Shown here piece after piece: positions 1 through 12,107 of a DNA stretch of 27,381 nt; position 1 is the first letter of the stretch, and each line of letters opens with the position of its first letter. The notes below the pieces were generated by a model that saw only the letters and a program-made list of their open reading frames with translations, had not been told where the DNA came from and did no database searches. The DNA lies in contig NC_057751.1 in NCBI RefSeq assembly GCF_004010195.1, positions 7,426,063 to 7,453,443 of the forward strand. Direction: 5' to 3'. This DNA comes from Chiloscyllium plagiosum. Its lineage: Eukaryota. Both the position numbers and the translations under genes were made by a program.

Positions 1-58
1 GGCAGGGGCCATGCTGTTTGTTTCTCTTGGTCAAAGGTTGCCACCTTGGATTTTCCAG
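1..58 (+). other. Possible 3' end of an upstream exon (perfect splice donor CAG|GTAAGT at 58/59)
   Basis: Consensus donor. Frame 1 is open (GRGHAVCFSWSKVATLDFP+G) and ends in phase 1, compatible with the phase-1 acceptor at 10249. No clear similarity to the SEMA4C 'VPRKTV' signal-peptide exon, so identity is uncertain. Confidence 0.3.
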
Positions 59-684
59 GTAAGTATCTGAAAAGGTGATAAGGATGTGAAACCCTTAAGG
101 ATCCAACAGATATATGGCAAAACTCCATTGACTATCATGTCCACTGTGGCATGCCTTAGCCTTCAGGTGCAGTATGCTGAATATGGTCCAGCCAAAAGGA
201 TAGTTGCTCAAATAGCCAGTTCAGCATCTGGCCACTGGAGAACCAGTTTTAGATTGGAGTACAATCGAGTCTGAGCAAATTTGTGAGCATAATAAACAGT
301 CAGATTGAAATTTTAAAAAGATGCACAGTATGTGCAGTTGTTTGAGGGAATTTAATATTTCCTTTTTCCATTATTGGAGTTTGGAGATTAATAATAAGGT
401 GTAGAAATCTTCAATTTATTAAAACATACATCAATTCATGTTTTGTCTGTCATTTGGTTTTGTTCTGGTTTATGTGCAGTGAGCTGCTTTCCATTTAAGT
501 CAGCACTGGGTCAGTTACAGCTTGTGTTTTGTGAGATATTAAAGGGTTAATTTGCTCTGCTGACTGCAGGACATTGGATCTTCCCGGGGTAGGGTGGTAT
601 GCCTCTGACCACCAGGTGGAATGTAAGGAATTCACTTTACCATCTCTCTCCATTCAGAGCCATTTGCATCATCATCCCCGAGTC

Positions 685-729
685 AGAATAAGAAGACTGC
701 AGTTACCAAAGAATAAGAAGACTGCAGTT
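685..729. repeat. 20-bp perfect direct repeat AGAATAAGAAGACTGCAGTT (685-704, 710-729)
   Basis: Read directly; 5-bp spacer ACCAA, period 25. Confidence 0.9.
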
Positions 730-1827
730 TACACCAGGTCTTGCCATTAAGCAATGATTTAATCACATTGTCTCAGGAAATGGTGTGATCACCACATTGT
801 GTCTTGAGTGGCATGTGACTGTGGGAGAAATGGCTGGGGGTTGTCTTGTGGGCGTTACTGTAATATGAAACTTTTGTACTGTAGAAGGGAAGGATGTTTC
901 TTTTGTTCAGGCATCTCTTGACATGGCTCTGCAAGCCCTGCGAAGTGTTAAGAGTTCCTTCAGAAAGCTTGAACTTAATAAAATTTTGGTGGTACACAGA
1001 AGTTGCCGTATTGCAGTTGCATCAAGTGTGTAAGAGTCTTGAAAAAGAACTTCACATGTGCAGTGTGCATTGGACACTGTTTCCATCAAACATTGCTGCA
1101 AATAAAATTTGGGATTATCTGGAAAGCTGAATTTGTTTCTGTCTCAAATACTACCAGGCACATATTAAGCAGGCTAAATGGAGTAAAATTCCCTTCGCAG
1201 GGAAGAGGGCTCTGCCTTGTCCCAAGGGTGAAATTTTCAGGGTCCTTTGTGTACAGTATAGTAGCATGCAGGCAAGATCAGTACCTGCGGTTTTGATCTG
1301 AAGCCATGAAGGTTTCCAATGTAGTCATGTTGGCTGCTCCTGATAACCTTATGGTCTGCATCCCAGGATACTTAAGGAGGTGGCTCTAGAAATCCTGGAT
1401 GCATTGGTAATCATTTTCCAATGTTCAATAGATTAAGGATCAGTTCCAGCGGATGAAAGGATGACTAATGTTGTCCCAATTGTCAAGAAAGGAGGGAGAG
1501 AGAACAGGGAATTATAGACCAGTTAGGCTGATGTCAGTGGTGGGAAAGATGCTTGAGTCAATTATAAAAGATGAAGTTATGACTCACTTGGATAGTAGTA
1601 ACAGGATATGTCAGATTTACGAAGGGGAAATCGTGCTTGACTGATCTTACGGAATCTTTTGAGGATGTAACTACGAAGATGGACAAGGGAGAGTCAGTGG
1701 ATGTCGTGGACCTGGACTTTCAGAAAGACTTTGAAGTCCCACATGGGAGGTTAGTGAGCAAAATTAGGGCACATAGTATTTGGGGCAAAATACTGACTTG
1801 GACTGAAAATTGGCTGGCTGACAGGAA

Positions 1828-2041
1828 TGGAAATGTGTTGCTGGAAAAGCGCAGCAGGTCAGGCAGCATCTAGGGAACAGGAGAATCGACGTTTCGGGCA
1901 TTAGCCCTTCTTCAGGAATGAAGAAGGTCTAATGCCCGAAACGTCGATTCTCCTGTTCCCTAGATGCTGCCTGACCTGCTGCGCTTTTCCAGCAACACAT
2001 TTCCATCTCTGATCTCCAGCATCTGCAGACCTCACTTTCTC
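1828..2041. mobile_element. Palindromic Penelope-derived short element (family A) with 14-bp TSD
   Basis: Inverted arms 1827-1914 and 1919-2006 (88 bp, 1 mismatch, GGAA loop). TSD CTGGCTGACAGGAA at 1814-1827 and 2042-2055. Homologous to the Penelope terminus at 24480-24605. Confidence 0.9.
1881..1918 (-). ncRNA. Putative minimal type-I hammerhead ribozyme (PLE type), intact core
   Basis: Minus strand reads ttc-CTGAAGA-A-GGGC-TAAT-GCCC-GAA-ACGT-C-gattc: CUGANGA box, stem II, GAAA, palindromic ACGU stem III, GUC cleavage triplet. Stem I is very short. Confidence 0.6.
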
Positions 2042-3854
2042 CTGGCTGACAGGAAGCAAAGAGTAGTGATAAATGGGTTCCTTTTAGAACCCCAGTGGGG
2101 TACCTCAAGATTCGGTGGTGGGACAGCAGCTGTTGACAATATACATTAATGATATAGATGAAAGTATTAAATGCAATATCAGCAAATTTGCTGATGACAC
2201 AAAGTTCGGTGGCAGGATGAAATGTGAGGAGGATGTTCTGAGAATACAGGGTGACTTGGACAGGTTCAGGTGAGTGGAAGGATGCATGGCAGATGCATTT
2301 CAATGTGGATAAATGTGTGGTTATCCACTTTTAATGGCAAGAATAAGATTACTATCTAAATGGAGTCAAGTTAGGTAAGATCTACAAAGAGATCTAGGTG
2401 TTCTTGTATATCAGTCAATGAAAACAAACATGCAGCTACAGCAGGCAGTGAAGAAAGCAAATGGCATGCTAGCCTTCATAACAAGACGAATATCGGAGCA
2501 AATATAACCATCTGCAGCTGTACAGGACCCTGGTGAGACCGCACCTGGACTAATGTGTGCACTTTTGGTCTCCATTTTGGAAGGACATTTTGGCTATTGA
2601 GGGAGTGCAGTGTAGGTTCAGAAGGTCAGTTCCCGGAATGGCGAGACGATCTTACGCTGAAAGATTGGAGTGACTGGGTTTGTATACACTTGAATTTACA
2701 GGGATGAGAGGGGATCTGATTGAGACGTATAAGATTATTAAAAGGTTGGACACTCTCTGGAGGCAGGAAATATGTTTCCGCTGATGGGTGTGTCCAGAAC
2801 CAGAGGACACAGTTTAAAAGTGAAGCGTAGGCCATTTAGAACAGAGTTGAGGAGAAACTTCTTCACCCAGAGAGTGGTGGATATATGGAATGCTCTGCCC
2901 CAGAAGACAGTGGAGGCCGAGTCTCTGGATACTTTCAAGAAAGAGATGGATAGACCTCTTAGAGATAATGGAATCAAGGGTTATGGGCATAAGGCAGGAA
3001 CAGGATGCTGATTGTGCATGATCAGCCGTATCATAATGAATGGTGGTGGAGGCCCGAAGGGCCGACTCCTGCACCTATTGTATACATTGAACAGACAGCA
3101 GGTGTTAAACAGAAGATTGCTGTTGACCAGTATGTGGATTGGACTGGAGCAGCAGGGGCCCCTGACAAACCCACTGAAATAACCACTGTGAATTTGGTTT
3201 GCAACTATCATTCTATGAGTCAGTTGACATAAATCTATGTAATAACCAAAAGCTTGCTAAGCTTTGATTTCTGCATTGCTGGCTGTTATTTTATGCATGA
3301 AGCATTAACAGCTGGAACATGCATGAACAAACTATGGTGTCATGAGTATATGCCAGCATATTGCCAAGTCGACAGAAATTTGTGTTTCTAATGCAGTTCC
3401 TCGTCTGAATCTTCATTTTAGACCCAGCCAGATGGCTTCCTACGGTGCTGTTATATCTGCACAGGTTGTCTTAAAAGTTACAGCTTAATTGCTTTCACGA
3501 AAAGGAGATAGGAGCCACTGATGGTGAAATCACCTGCAGTTCATCAGTTTGGTGATGAGTGGTGACTGGAGTGAATCGTATCTATGATCTTCCGTATCCT
3601 TGACTTGAGCGTTGTCATCTGTGTTTAGATGGTATGTAATAATTCGCGTGTGAAATCATGGCACTGCATGTGGGAACTTCAGCTCAACCGTTTGCACTGC
3701 AACTTGGCTTTGTCGTTACAGCATTGGCTGACCAAATTCATTGAAGCATCTCCACAGCTTGCATGGTTAACGACAAGATGACTTGGATGCTAGTTACTCA
3801 TTGTTATGCTTTGCTTGACAGTGAAGTTGTGGGCTTTTCTAATTTTAGGAGTTC

Positions 3855-4314
3855 CAAGTTCCTTGGAAGTGGAGTTACAGGTCATGACAATAATTAAGGC
3901 CTTTGGAATGCTTGCCTTTATTGCTCAATGCATTGAGTATAGGAGCTGAGAGATCATGTTGCAGCTGTATAGGACATTGGTGAGGCCACTTTGGGAATAC
4001 TGCATTCAGTTCTGGTCTCCTAGTTTGAAATGGTTCTGAAAAGTTTTACAAGTGAGCGGGGGAAGATGCACAAGGGACCCAACAGGCAACCTTTTCACAC
4101 AGAGGTTGGTGCCTGTATGGAATGTGCTGCCAGAGGAAATGGTCAAGGCAGGTACAAGTACAACATTGAAAAGGCATCTGGATGGGTATATGAATAGGAA
4201 GGGGTTCAGAGGGGTGTGGGCTACGTACTGTCAAATGGGACTAGATGAATTCAGGATATCTGGTCAGCATGGATCGAAAGGTCTGTTTCTGTGCTGCACA
4301 TCTCTTTGACTCTA
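3855..4314 (+). mobile_element. Decayed CR1-type LINE 3' fragment with internal deletion (~4052)
   Basis: AFGMLAFIAQCIEYRS, MLQLYRTLVRPL.EYCIQFWSP, then GNLFTQRLVPVWNVLPEE and a CR1-like 3' UTR. Confidence 0.85.
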
Positions 4315-4315
4315 A

Positions 4316-4720
4316 AACCGAACTTAGAATAACATAACCATTTGAAAATGCAACTTAAGAAAGAGCTGTTCCGATTTCCTGTAACATTAGATAAACACAC
4401 CCCTTGGCAAAAAGGTAAATTGAAACACACGTTTTTACAGGAGAGAGATCTAAGAGATCAGCATGGAGCTGTTTCTTTGGGTTAGTTTTAGCTGGAAACC
4501 AAAACTAGGGAATAAGTCCTGATCCCAGAGAACTAGCCACTCCACCTGCATTCGACGAGTGCTTTAAATACAAACCTGAAAGACTTCGCTGATTAACAGA
4601 TGCTGCCTAAGCCAGCCATTAATAAAGTAGCCAGTTGAGACATTGAGGCACCTCTGCCTTTACAACCCCCCTCAAAAACAGAGGGCAGAGTAACCTTGTT
4701 AAAGGAGCAGCGTTGTCACA
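4316..4720 (-). mobile_element. Partial copy of LTR-like repeat (same family as 12852-13466)
   Basis: Reverse complement aligns by eye with 12852-~13285 (e.g. CCTTTACAA...TAACCTTG..AAGGAGCAG...CACA; TTGGCA.AAAAGGTAAA...AAACAC). Terminus TG on the minus strand at 4720. Confidence 0.7.
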
Positions 4721-5064
4721 CGTGATTTGTCCAGAAGAACAAAAAGGTAACCGGTTTATTGGACTTTGCCTGAGTCGTTCGTGAAAAACACTTGGACTGA
4801 ATGCAGTACTGGTAGTTGCTTTCCAGCTGCTAAAATGGAGTGAGACACTGAGCTGACCTGCGATGCTGGTGACAAAGGGCTAATTTCTAGACAATGACTT
4901 TGTTGCAGACTTCGACTTGAGTGTGAGAGTTTACATGGATACTATATCTTGCTATTGGACACAGAGTCCCACAACCACAGTCAAGTAGTGTTGAAGCTGA
5001 GTTTGGAATACCGTAATCTTTCTTGCTTTGAAGAAGACACCAATAAATCAGCAGTAGTTTGAGA

Positions 5065-5246
5065 TCAAATGAGCAGGGGTTATCAGGCCGTTATTCCCCC
5101 CTTTTGTCATCAGATAATTGGGCAGTTGGTTTGCACCATGCATCTGTCCCCTTTTTGCACATTGGCTGTTTGAAGTTTCATCTGAATCTTAGAGTCTCAC
5201 TTCAGATAGCTACTATTTATGAAGGTAGCCATATTGGAAATGCAAT
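5065..5246 (+). mobile_element. Highly degraded Deu-domain SINE-like fragment (SacSINE1/AmnSINE-like)
   Basis: Ordered motifs GAGCAGGGG...CAGATAA...ATTGGCTG...CACTTCA...GAAGG...AAATGCAA resemble the remembered DeuSINE consensus; not aligned. Confidence 0.4.
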
Positions 5247-6215
5247 TAATTGTGTATTCAAGGTCCGTGATTGTTGGAGTTGGTTGTTGTGACTAGTGAT
5301 CATAGGTTGAAAGAGAATGGTAAACTCGTGGGTAACAATAAGGCTGGACAGGGAGCTTGAGGCAGGTGGTGAGAAAAACTGCAGCTGTGAAAGTTTCTTT
5401 TCAAAAGGCGCTGATGGGAATATTGGGGAAAATCTATGTGCGCTGAGGAGCTCCGTGGTTTGTAACACTGCTGTAAATAGCATACAGAAAGGTTTTTCAT
5501 TAGCCTAATGCAGGAGGTTTTGAGCAACATTGGCCATGAGTGCTGCCTTTACCCTGATGGAGATCTGAAACAATTAGGCCCATTGTTGGAATAGCCTCCT
5601 TCAACCAAAGTTGAGATACTGAGCAGCCAAGACTGTTGAAACTGAAATGGTTAGAATGAAAGACTTAAGACTACAGGAATGTAGTTCAGTTGTTTGAATC
5701 GTGATCTATATTAAAGGCAGTTGGCCTGGGTTTTATGATGAAGTTGCTTTGTCATGACTGAACTAAAAGCATTTTAATTTTGAAAAACTTGCATCTTGTC
5801 CATCAATCAGAAGTTAAATTTTGCCACTGGTTTTCAACAAATGTTCACAATATAATAGACTAAATGGAGGTCTCTTGTACTTGTTCTGCTGGAATGAGAT
5901 CCAGGCTCACCTTGAGACTTAATGGTTTGACAGATTATGCCTTGGAAACCCAGTGCACCTTGGCAGATGTTTCTCTGGTCTAATCGCATAGATGTTTGTT
6001 GCAGATTTGTGTTTGACGTGGGATAAAGCAATCAAGCTAAGTCAGATTTTTGTCATGACAGACATTAGACAATGGCTATGTGGTGATGGAAATGAAAGAG
6101 TTTAAGCAAAGTGTTGATAGTTTTGAGCCTGGAATTTTCTGTGTAGCCCCTCTTGTTGGCATTGTGGATTGAACAGGCATAAAAATGTTGTTATTGCTGG
6201 TCACACTAAAAGATG

Positions 6216-6332
6216 AAGGGTTCATGCCCAAAATGCCAATTATCCTGCTCCTCGGACGCTGCCTGACCTGTTGTGCTTTTCCAGCCCCCCTCTCTCGACT
6301 GATCTCTACCATCTGCAGTCCTCACTTTCTTG
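6216..6332 (+). mobile_element. Single-arm Penelope-derived family A element with 13-bp TSD
   Basis: Matches the right arm and tail of the 1828-2041 element. TSD ACACTAAAAGATG at 6203-6215 and 6333-6345. Hammerhead core degenerate. Confidence 0.85.
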
Positions 6333-7198
6333 ACACTAAAAGATGTGCAAAGAATCGTTTGAAGATGGTAATAAAAGATTTAGACACCCTGGGAGTGAGA
6401 TAAAAAACAGATTTAATGCTGAGTGTAATACATTGTGGCATTTCTGGAATGACATAAAACATTGACTGGAGTCAATGGTAAGTTGAAACCAATTGAGCAA
6501 AGTAGCACAAATGCTTTATTGTTGTGGACACTCAACTGCTATCAAGTGAGTAATGGATTCTGCTGGTCTTCGAGTGTTCATGTGTTCAAAGTTGGAATCG
6601 GCAGTGAGGTATTCTTGCTTGTAAATCAATGGTTTTACACACATTTGTATTCACAGCAGGTTTAAGGGAGCTACTGTACCTGACCAAGTGGGTGTTTTGC
6701 CAAAACTCAATAGTGGGAAATGTCTGAGCTATGGAACCTGTGCAGTAACATGTAGCCAAAGAGGAAGTAGCTCTTTTTGCACGTTAAAATGTTGAGTGGC
6801 CATAGAGAGTTGAATATTTCCACGTAGTACACGTAATTCAAAGGAAGGAAGGAAAGCTGGGATATGATAGAAGCTCAAAGATAATTTGGTGCATTGGACA
6901 GGTAGTACCAGAATACAACACAATCACTTAAGGCTATCTGAAATGTCCCTATAAAAATGTAAGAACTGGAAGATGTCATATAAGCAAATGGAAGAGTGTT
7001 TAAGCTAGTTAATGTGGAGGCAGTGCATTCTATGTGCAAAGAACTGCATGCTATTTTGGAACAAGTTTTTTTATTCTCTGACTTCATCCCTGGCTTGCTT
7101 ATTAGTCTTCAAATCTGTCCTGACAGAGGACTGCTTCTGTAAACTGTCAGGAATACTTCCTTAAGGTTTTGAAGCTTAAGACAAAATAACAATTTAGT

Positions 7199-7516
7199 GG
7201 GCGGCACGGTGGCACAGTGGTTAGCACTGCTGCCTCACAGCGCCAGAGACCCGGGTTCAATTCCCGCCTCAGGCGACTGACTGTGTGGAGTTTGCACGTT
7301 CTCCCCGTGTCTGCGTGGGTTTCCTCCGGGTGCTCCGGTTTCCTCCCACCATCCAAAGATGTGCAGGGTCAGGTGAATTGGCCATACTAAATTGCCTGCA
7401 GTGTTAAGTAAGGGGTAAATGTCGGGGTATGGGTGGGTTTCGCTTCGGCGGGTCGGTGTGGACTTGTTGGGCCGAAGGGCCTGTTCCCACACTGTAATCT
7501 AATCTAATCTAAAAAA
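7199..7516 (+). mobile_element. Full-length HE1-like tRNA-derived V-SINE
   Basis: Pol III A box TGGCACAGTGG (7210-7220), B box GGTTCAATTCC (7254-7264), V-domain TGTGTGGAGTTTGCACGTTCTCCCCGTGTCTGCGTGGG, (TAATC)n tail. Possible TSD AACAATTT at 7188-7195 and 7517-7524. Confidence 0.92.
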
Positions 7517-7659
7517 AACAATTTTAATTGATCTCTGCTATAATGCTGGCTGTTGTTGGTTGGTGGCCAGCCTTGTTCAGCTCTCGCAAGGAATTACTGG
7601 AGGGAACTAAGGGAAGCATTGATAACTCAGCAGTATTCTCCACAAAATGGTGTGGCTCG

Positions 7660-7842
7660 CATGTGGAAATGCTGATGTTGGACGAGGTCAGAGGTCAGGA
7701 CTCCAAGTTACAGTCCAAAAGGCTTTTTGGAAATCCCAAGCTTTCGGAGTACTACTGTTGCTGATGACTTCGCCTGACTAAGGGGCATTGCTCCGAAGAC
7801 TTGATGTGCTGGACTCTCACCTGGTGTTCGGTGACTTCTGAC
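7660..7842. mobile_element. Degenerate palindromic Penelope-derived family B element
   Basis: Similar to the reverse complement of 21998-22219 (GGAAATGCTGATGTTGGAC, AGTCCAA, AGCTTTCGGAG ... CCTGAC.AAGG.GC..TGCTCCGAA ... CTGGTGTT). Confidence 0.65.
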
Positions 7843-8900
7843 GTTATTCACAAAAGATTCGAAGAGGAGAAACTATCCAAAGGTCCAAAGGCTTTCGGTC
7901 ATTAGGAACTAGCACAAGTTGAATTGTTAAATTGCCAATCTCAATTTGCAGAGAACTGACATTTCACCCAGAACTGTGTTCACACAGTGAAGATGCTGTT
8001 TTAGCAGGTGAACTACTGTGAACTTTGCCTGAACAGCGTAATGCTTTTGAGTATAGTGCACAATCAGTATCTACTTGGTTAAAAAAAGGCACACATTTAG
8101 TGAAACTACAAACACAAAATGCTGGAAGTACCTGTGCAATGACGTGGAGATGAGGAAACCTGTTCATGGTTTCAGAGCAAGAATGTTCCCTGTTCTTCAC
8201 GTGAAACTACTCTGACCCAATTTGAAGATACAAAGTTAGGCACTTTGTGCCTAATTATGTAATGTAGTGATATTTCATATTAAACAGTGCACTATTTCAG
8301 TGTTGTTCATGCGTCCCAGCCCCTTCTTTCAAGGCAGGAAAATAAGCTCCCTACTGCCACTTACTGGCTGAAATGTGAAAATTTGGAGGGAAATCTGAAG
8401 TCAGGCGCAAATCTGCCTGCACTCTTGTATCCTCATATGCATATGAAACATTGTACTGCTGATTAAGTGTTGGACTTGAAATTGCAGTGTTTTTTAAAAT
8501 GTAGCTTTTCAAAATGTGTTTGCCTCTGGAACAGGTGAGACTTAAACTTGGGCCTCTCAGGCCAGAGTTAGGGACATCACTACTGTGCCACAAGAGACCC
8601 CTTAACTTGGGATAATATCAGAAGTGCAAGATTGTGCACCTGTTAACCAAGTGATACCAGGCTGCCTTGTGTTTTTCAAAGGAGTAAGTGACCAGCTTTG
8701 TCCCCTGCCTGCATGTGTTAAACATTCTGCTCAGGAGTGATCAGGAACAACAACTCCACCATGTTGTTTTGTCTTGTCTTCTGATGCCAGTCTTACCAAG
8801 GATATTCCTGACACACAAGCTTGCATCCTTATTGATACTGAAGATGTGATCCATGCTTTTGAATGGCTTTGTGCCACAATAGTTGGGTTCTTTGGGTGAT

Positions 8901-8928
8901 GGGGGGGGGTGGGGGTGGGGAGGGAGGG
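8901..8928 (+). repeat. G-run cluster with G-quadruplex potential
   Basis: GGGGGGGGGT GGGGGT GGGG A GGG A GGG. Confidence 0.7.
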
Positions 8929-10248
8929 TGCACTGCTAATGCTTTTGGATCGTGGGAGTAGACTAGTTTATGGCTGAAGCTTGGAAGTAATTGACCTGAC
9001 AAAGCAGGCATAACTGTGGGTTCATGTTGGGGAAACCAGCTTTAGCCAGATTTGCAGGTGTATGTTCCACTATGTGCTTGTGGCTTATGTTGGAAACTGT
9101 TGTAATTTGTTCTGAGACTTGAATCTCTGGTATTGTGCTTTGGGGCGCCTTGGGAAGCAGAATCAGAGCGCCAACTCCCATTGAGCTCCTGGGTTTTCTG
9201 TTAGTCCATTGATCTGAATTGGTTCCGTTGTCTGCCCCAGTATGTTGAGGTTCTGAATCATAGTTTGCTGAAAATTGCCAGGAGAAATCAAGCTGCAGCA
9301 CAAGTTGACACACCAGTGTTTAAGCGGTTTTCCATCCCATCTTGAATTATGTTCAAGACTGTATTAGGTTAGTAATATTAGTGTTCATGCTCCTTGTTCT
9401 TGAAGTGCTTGTCAGTTGCACAGTTATAGGTTCCTGGTCCTATTGGATTCCTCTGTGAATGTGGAAAAGGCCAATCACAGCTGCCTTCCTTGGCAAAGGA
9501 GAGCACAGCAAAGCAACTGCAGGATTGTGTCACATGACAAGCAGCAGCCCTCTGACAGTAATCAAAGCATGGTGCAGAAAAATGTGATTTTGTTCTATCA
9601 CCTGCTACTGAGGGCAGGATTTCTCCAGGGAGCTATGTACAATGGTGATGGTTTTAGATGTTTGTCTACTGCTAAGTTACCGTTGGAGAAGCCCTTGGCT
9701 ATAATAGTGCATTGTCGTCATCATCCATTGCATCTACAGCATTTGGTTTAAGCACTCGCCCCGGTAGAGATATCACTAGTTGACAAGCACAAAAGAATCA
9801 TTGAATGCAGCTGCATAGGATTTGCAATGTCATGTGATTTAGCTCAGTCTCTCTCCATGCTGAAATTTATACTGTAAATAGGATTTCTTGCTTTGCTGAC
9901 AGTAAAACTATGAAGTCAGCGTCTTTTTCCTTCGGATGATTAGGTGAGCAGCTGCTTGCAAGCAGCTTGTCTTGCTGAACAGTCATGCATCTATGTGGGT
10001 CAGCAAGGAGTCAGCACATGACATGGTTGGAGGTGGGGCTGGGTGATAAATGTCTCGTGTTCATGTGGTGGTTCAGTGTACACAGTGGGTATGTTGTGGT
10101 TTGAGGGCAGATTTGTGGTTCTGATATGCCAAAGGAAGAAGTAGGGCATTGGTGATGTTTCAGAGTGATACTATGTAGGCTTCTTGTCAGCTGCATCTTG
10201 CCTTGACATATTGGTGTGACCGAGAGCTAATATTCTTTTCTCTTGTAG

Positions 10249-10400
10249 CACTAAAGGGAGTGAAACACTTCTCCAAACCCAATGTCTACAATTACACAAC
10301 CCTGCGACTAGATGAAGATGAACAGATTCTGTATGTCGGTGCTCGAGAGGCAGTCTTTGCACTCTTCGTGCATGATGTTACCAAGGAGGTGAAAGAAGCG
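10249..10400 (+). CDS. SEMA4C: Semaphorin-4C-like coding exon, start of Sema domain: (x)LKGVKHFSKPNVYNYTTLRLDEDEQILYVGAREAVFALFVHDVTKEVKEA
   Basis: Acceptor TTCTTTTCTCTTGTAG, donor GCG|GTAAGG, 152 nt, phase 1 to 0. LYVGAREA.FAL is the Sema-domain hallmark. Confidence 0.9.
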
Positions 10401-11305
10401 GTAAGGAAATTTTTAACTTTGCACGTCCTCTCTCAAAAATAATTAAACGAGTCGGAGTGTTTTTTTCATAGCTCCTCACCAAAATGACCCATTTTTTACA
10501 CAAAAGCCTTGGTGTTGTTGCCGTGATCTTGGGCAAGTAACAAGTAGTCCATGAGCTTGATAGTTTCAAGGCAATTTATATTATACCTTGTTTGTGCAAC
10601 ATGATTTCTGGCAGAGGAAAAACTAAAAATCAAATGAGGTATCTTGTTTGTTCATCCTGGCGGGACACTGGAAGATGTGGTGCATCTCATAACCGAGCCC
10701 CTCATTGGTTCATATTCAAGGACAGTGATCTCAAGTGGGCAGGATCTCAGATCAAGTTTGAGTTCATGTTCACTGTAGCATTCTGATGATGGTTTGTTTC
10801 ATTTGCTTAGTGAAAATATTAGTGAGATCAAGTAACATTTGTCACAGTTGGCCAACAATGATTTGCTGAAGTGAACAGAAATTTTGATCTTAATGCAGAC
10901 CAGAATGTATGAAACTCTATTACTTTTAGTTGCTTTGCCATCCAATATTGGGCCTGGTAGTCTTAATCTTGTCCTGTCTTGTGTTGTCACGTTATGACCC
11001 TGTGGGTCCATTGGTCTGGTTAACGGTAGCAAATGAATGCAAACTGTCTGTGGTAATATCCTGTTACTTTGCCACGTAACAACACTGGGCAAATTCAGTT
11101 TCAAGATCATCATCAGTTTGTTTTGAGATTAACAAGACAGATGTGCTAAACCAGCATTTTAATTGGAGGTAATTAATTCATATATTTAATGACAGCAATT
11201 AATTCAAGTAAATGACAGTACAATTTGCCAAGTTAAGGATATCCAGTTGTGCTCAGTCCAGTGTCACAGACATTGTTGTGTCCCTGTCCTTCATAAAGGC
11301 AACTT

Positions 11306-11601
11306 GGGGGAGTCCAGAATTAGAGGGCATAGGTTTAGGGTGAGAGGGGAAAAATTCAGAAGGGACCCAAGGGGCAACTTTTTTGTGCAGTGGGTGGTGC
11401 GTGTATGGAATGAGCTGCCAGAGGAAGTGGTGGAGGCTGGTACAATTGCAGCACTTAAAAGGTACCTGTATGGGTTTATGAATGGGAAGGGATTAGAGGG
11501 ATGTGAGCCAAATGGGACTAGATTAGGTTAGGATATCTGGTCGACATGGATGAGTTGGACCGAAGGGTCTATTTCTGAGCAGTACATCTCTTTGACTGTA
11601 A
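11306..11601 (+). mobile_element. CR1-type LINE 3' end fragment
   Basis: GESRIRGHRFRVRGEKFRRDPRGNFFVQWVVRVWNELPEEVVEAGT plus 3' UTR GGACCGAAGGGTCT. Confidence 0.88.
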
Positions 11602-12107
11602 GTGTGCAAACAGAGACATTTTAATATTGATTATGGGGCAAGGTCAAGGAAGTGAAACAAGCGGTATCAAAAGGTTGTCTCAGTGTTAGGCATGTGCGTG
11701 AAAGTTCGTGATGCAGTATTGATTGCCCAGCAGGTGTTCTTCAGTTTATTGCTAGCAGTGCAACAATGCAACAGAATAAATTTCAGGATTTTTCAATGTT
11801 TTTACATGAGAGAGATATGGGTTGTGGTTGCAGTAGTTTGTCGTCTTGGATGATATGTGAGTGTGCAAGTGATTGGTGAGAAGTGGTTGGAGTTGGTGGG
11901 GAGGATGTTGCTGCATTTCATTTGTTCAGATGCACCTGACAACACAATGACCTGAGCTGTGTTGCGGCTTCCCGAGGAGGTTTTGAGCATTTAGCTCAGG
12001 TTTATTCTGACTTCCCCAGCCCCTTCCACGTGACTTGACTTGGGAGTTTGGATCAAGTCACGTCCACATCGTGAACTAGGGAGAGAATCGGGCTGTTTAA
12101 AGATTAG

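Larger units (their letters stand above)
1350..3090 (+). mobile_element. 5'-truncated decayed CR1-type LINE (ORF2 reverse transcriptase region + 3' UTR)
   Basis: Frameshifted RT-like peptides: GLHPRILKEVALEI.DAL, DKGESVDVVDLDFQKDF, GVPQ, KFADDTK (~2185-2205), RTRGHSLK...FFTQRVV..WNALP. Interrupted by the insertion at 1828-2041. Boundaries approximate. Confidence 0.9.

Noticed and set aside
685..729. Direct repeat as a CRISPR-like array
   Set aside because: Only two units with a 5-bp spacer in vertebrate DNA.
1003..1296. ORF containing LCLVPRVKFSG, similar to the SEMA4C LVPRKTVSSG segment
   Set aside because: No hydrophobic signal peptide upstream and no credible splice donor (GGTCCT) after it.
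7199..7275. tRNA-like A and B boxes
   Set aside because: This is the head of an HE1 SINE, not a tRNA gene.
8560..8800. Faint LF-SINE-like motifs (also 18510-18570)
   Set aside because: Only short scattered matches to a remembered consensus; needs a Dfam HMM search.
9960..10200. Possible very old antisense Penelope ORF remnant (also 11800-12000, LTYHP-like)
   Set aside because: Similarity too weak to support without an alignment.
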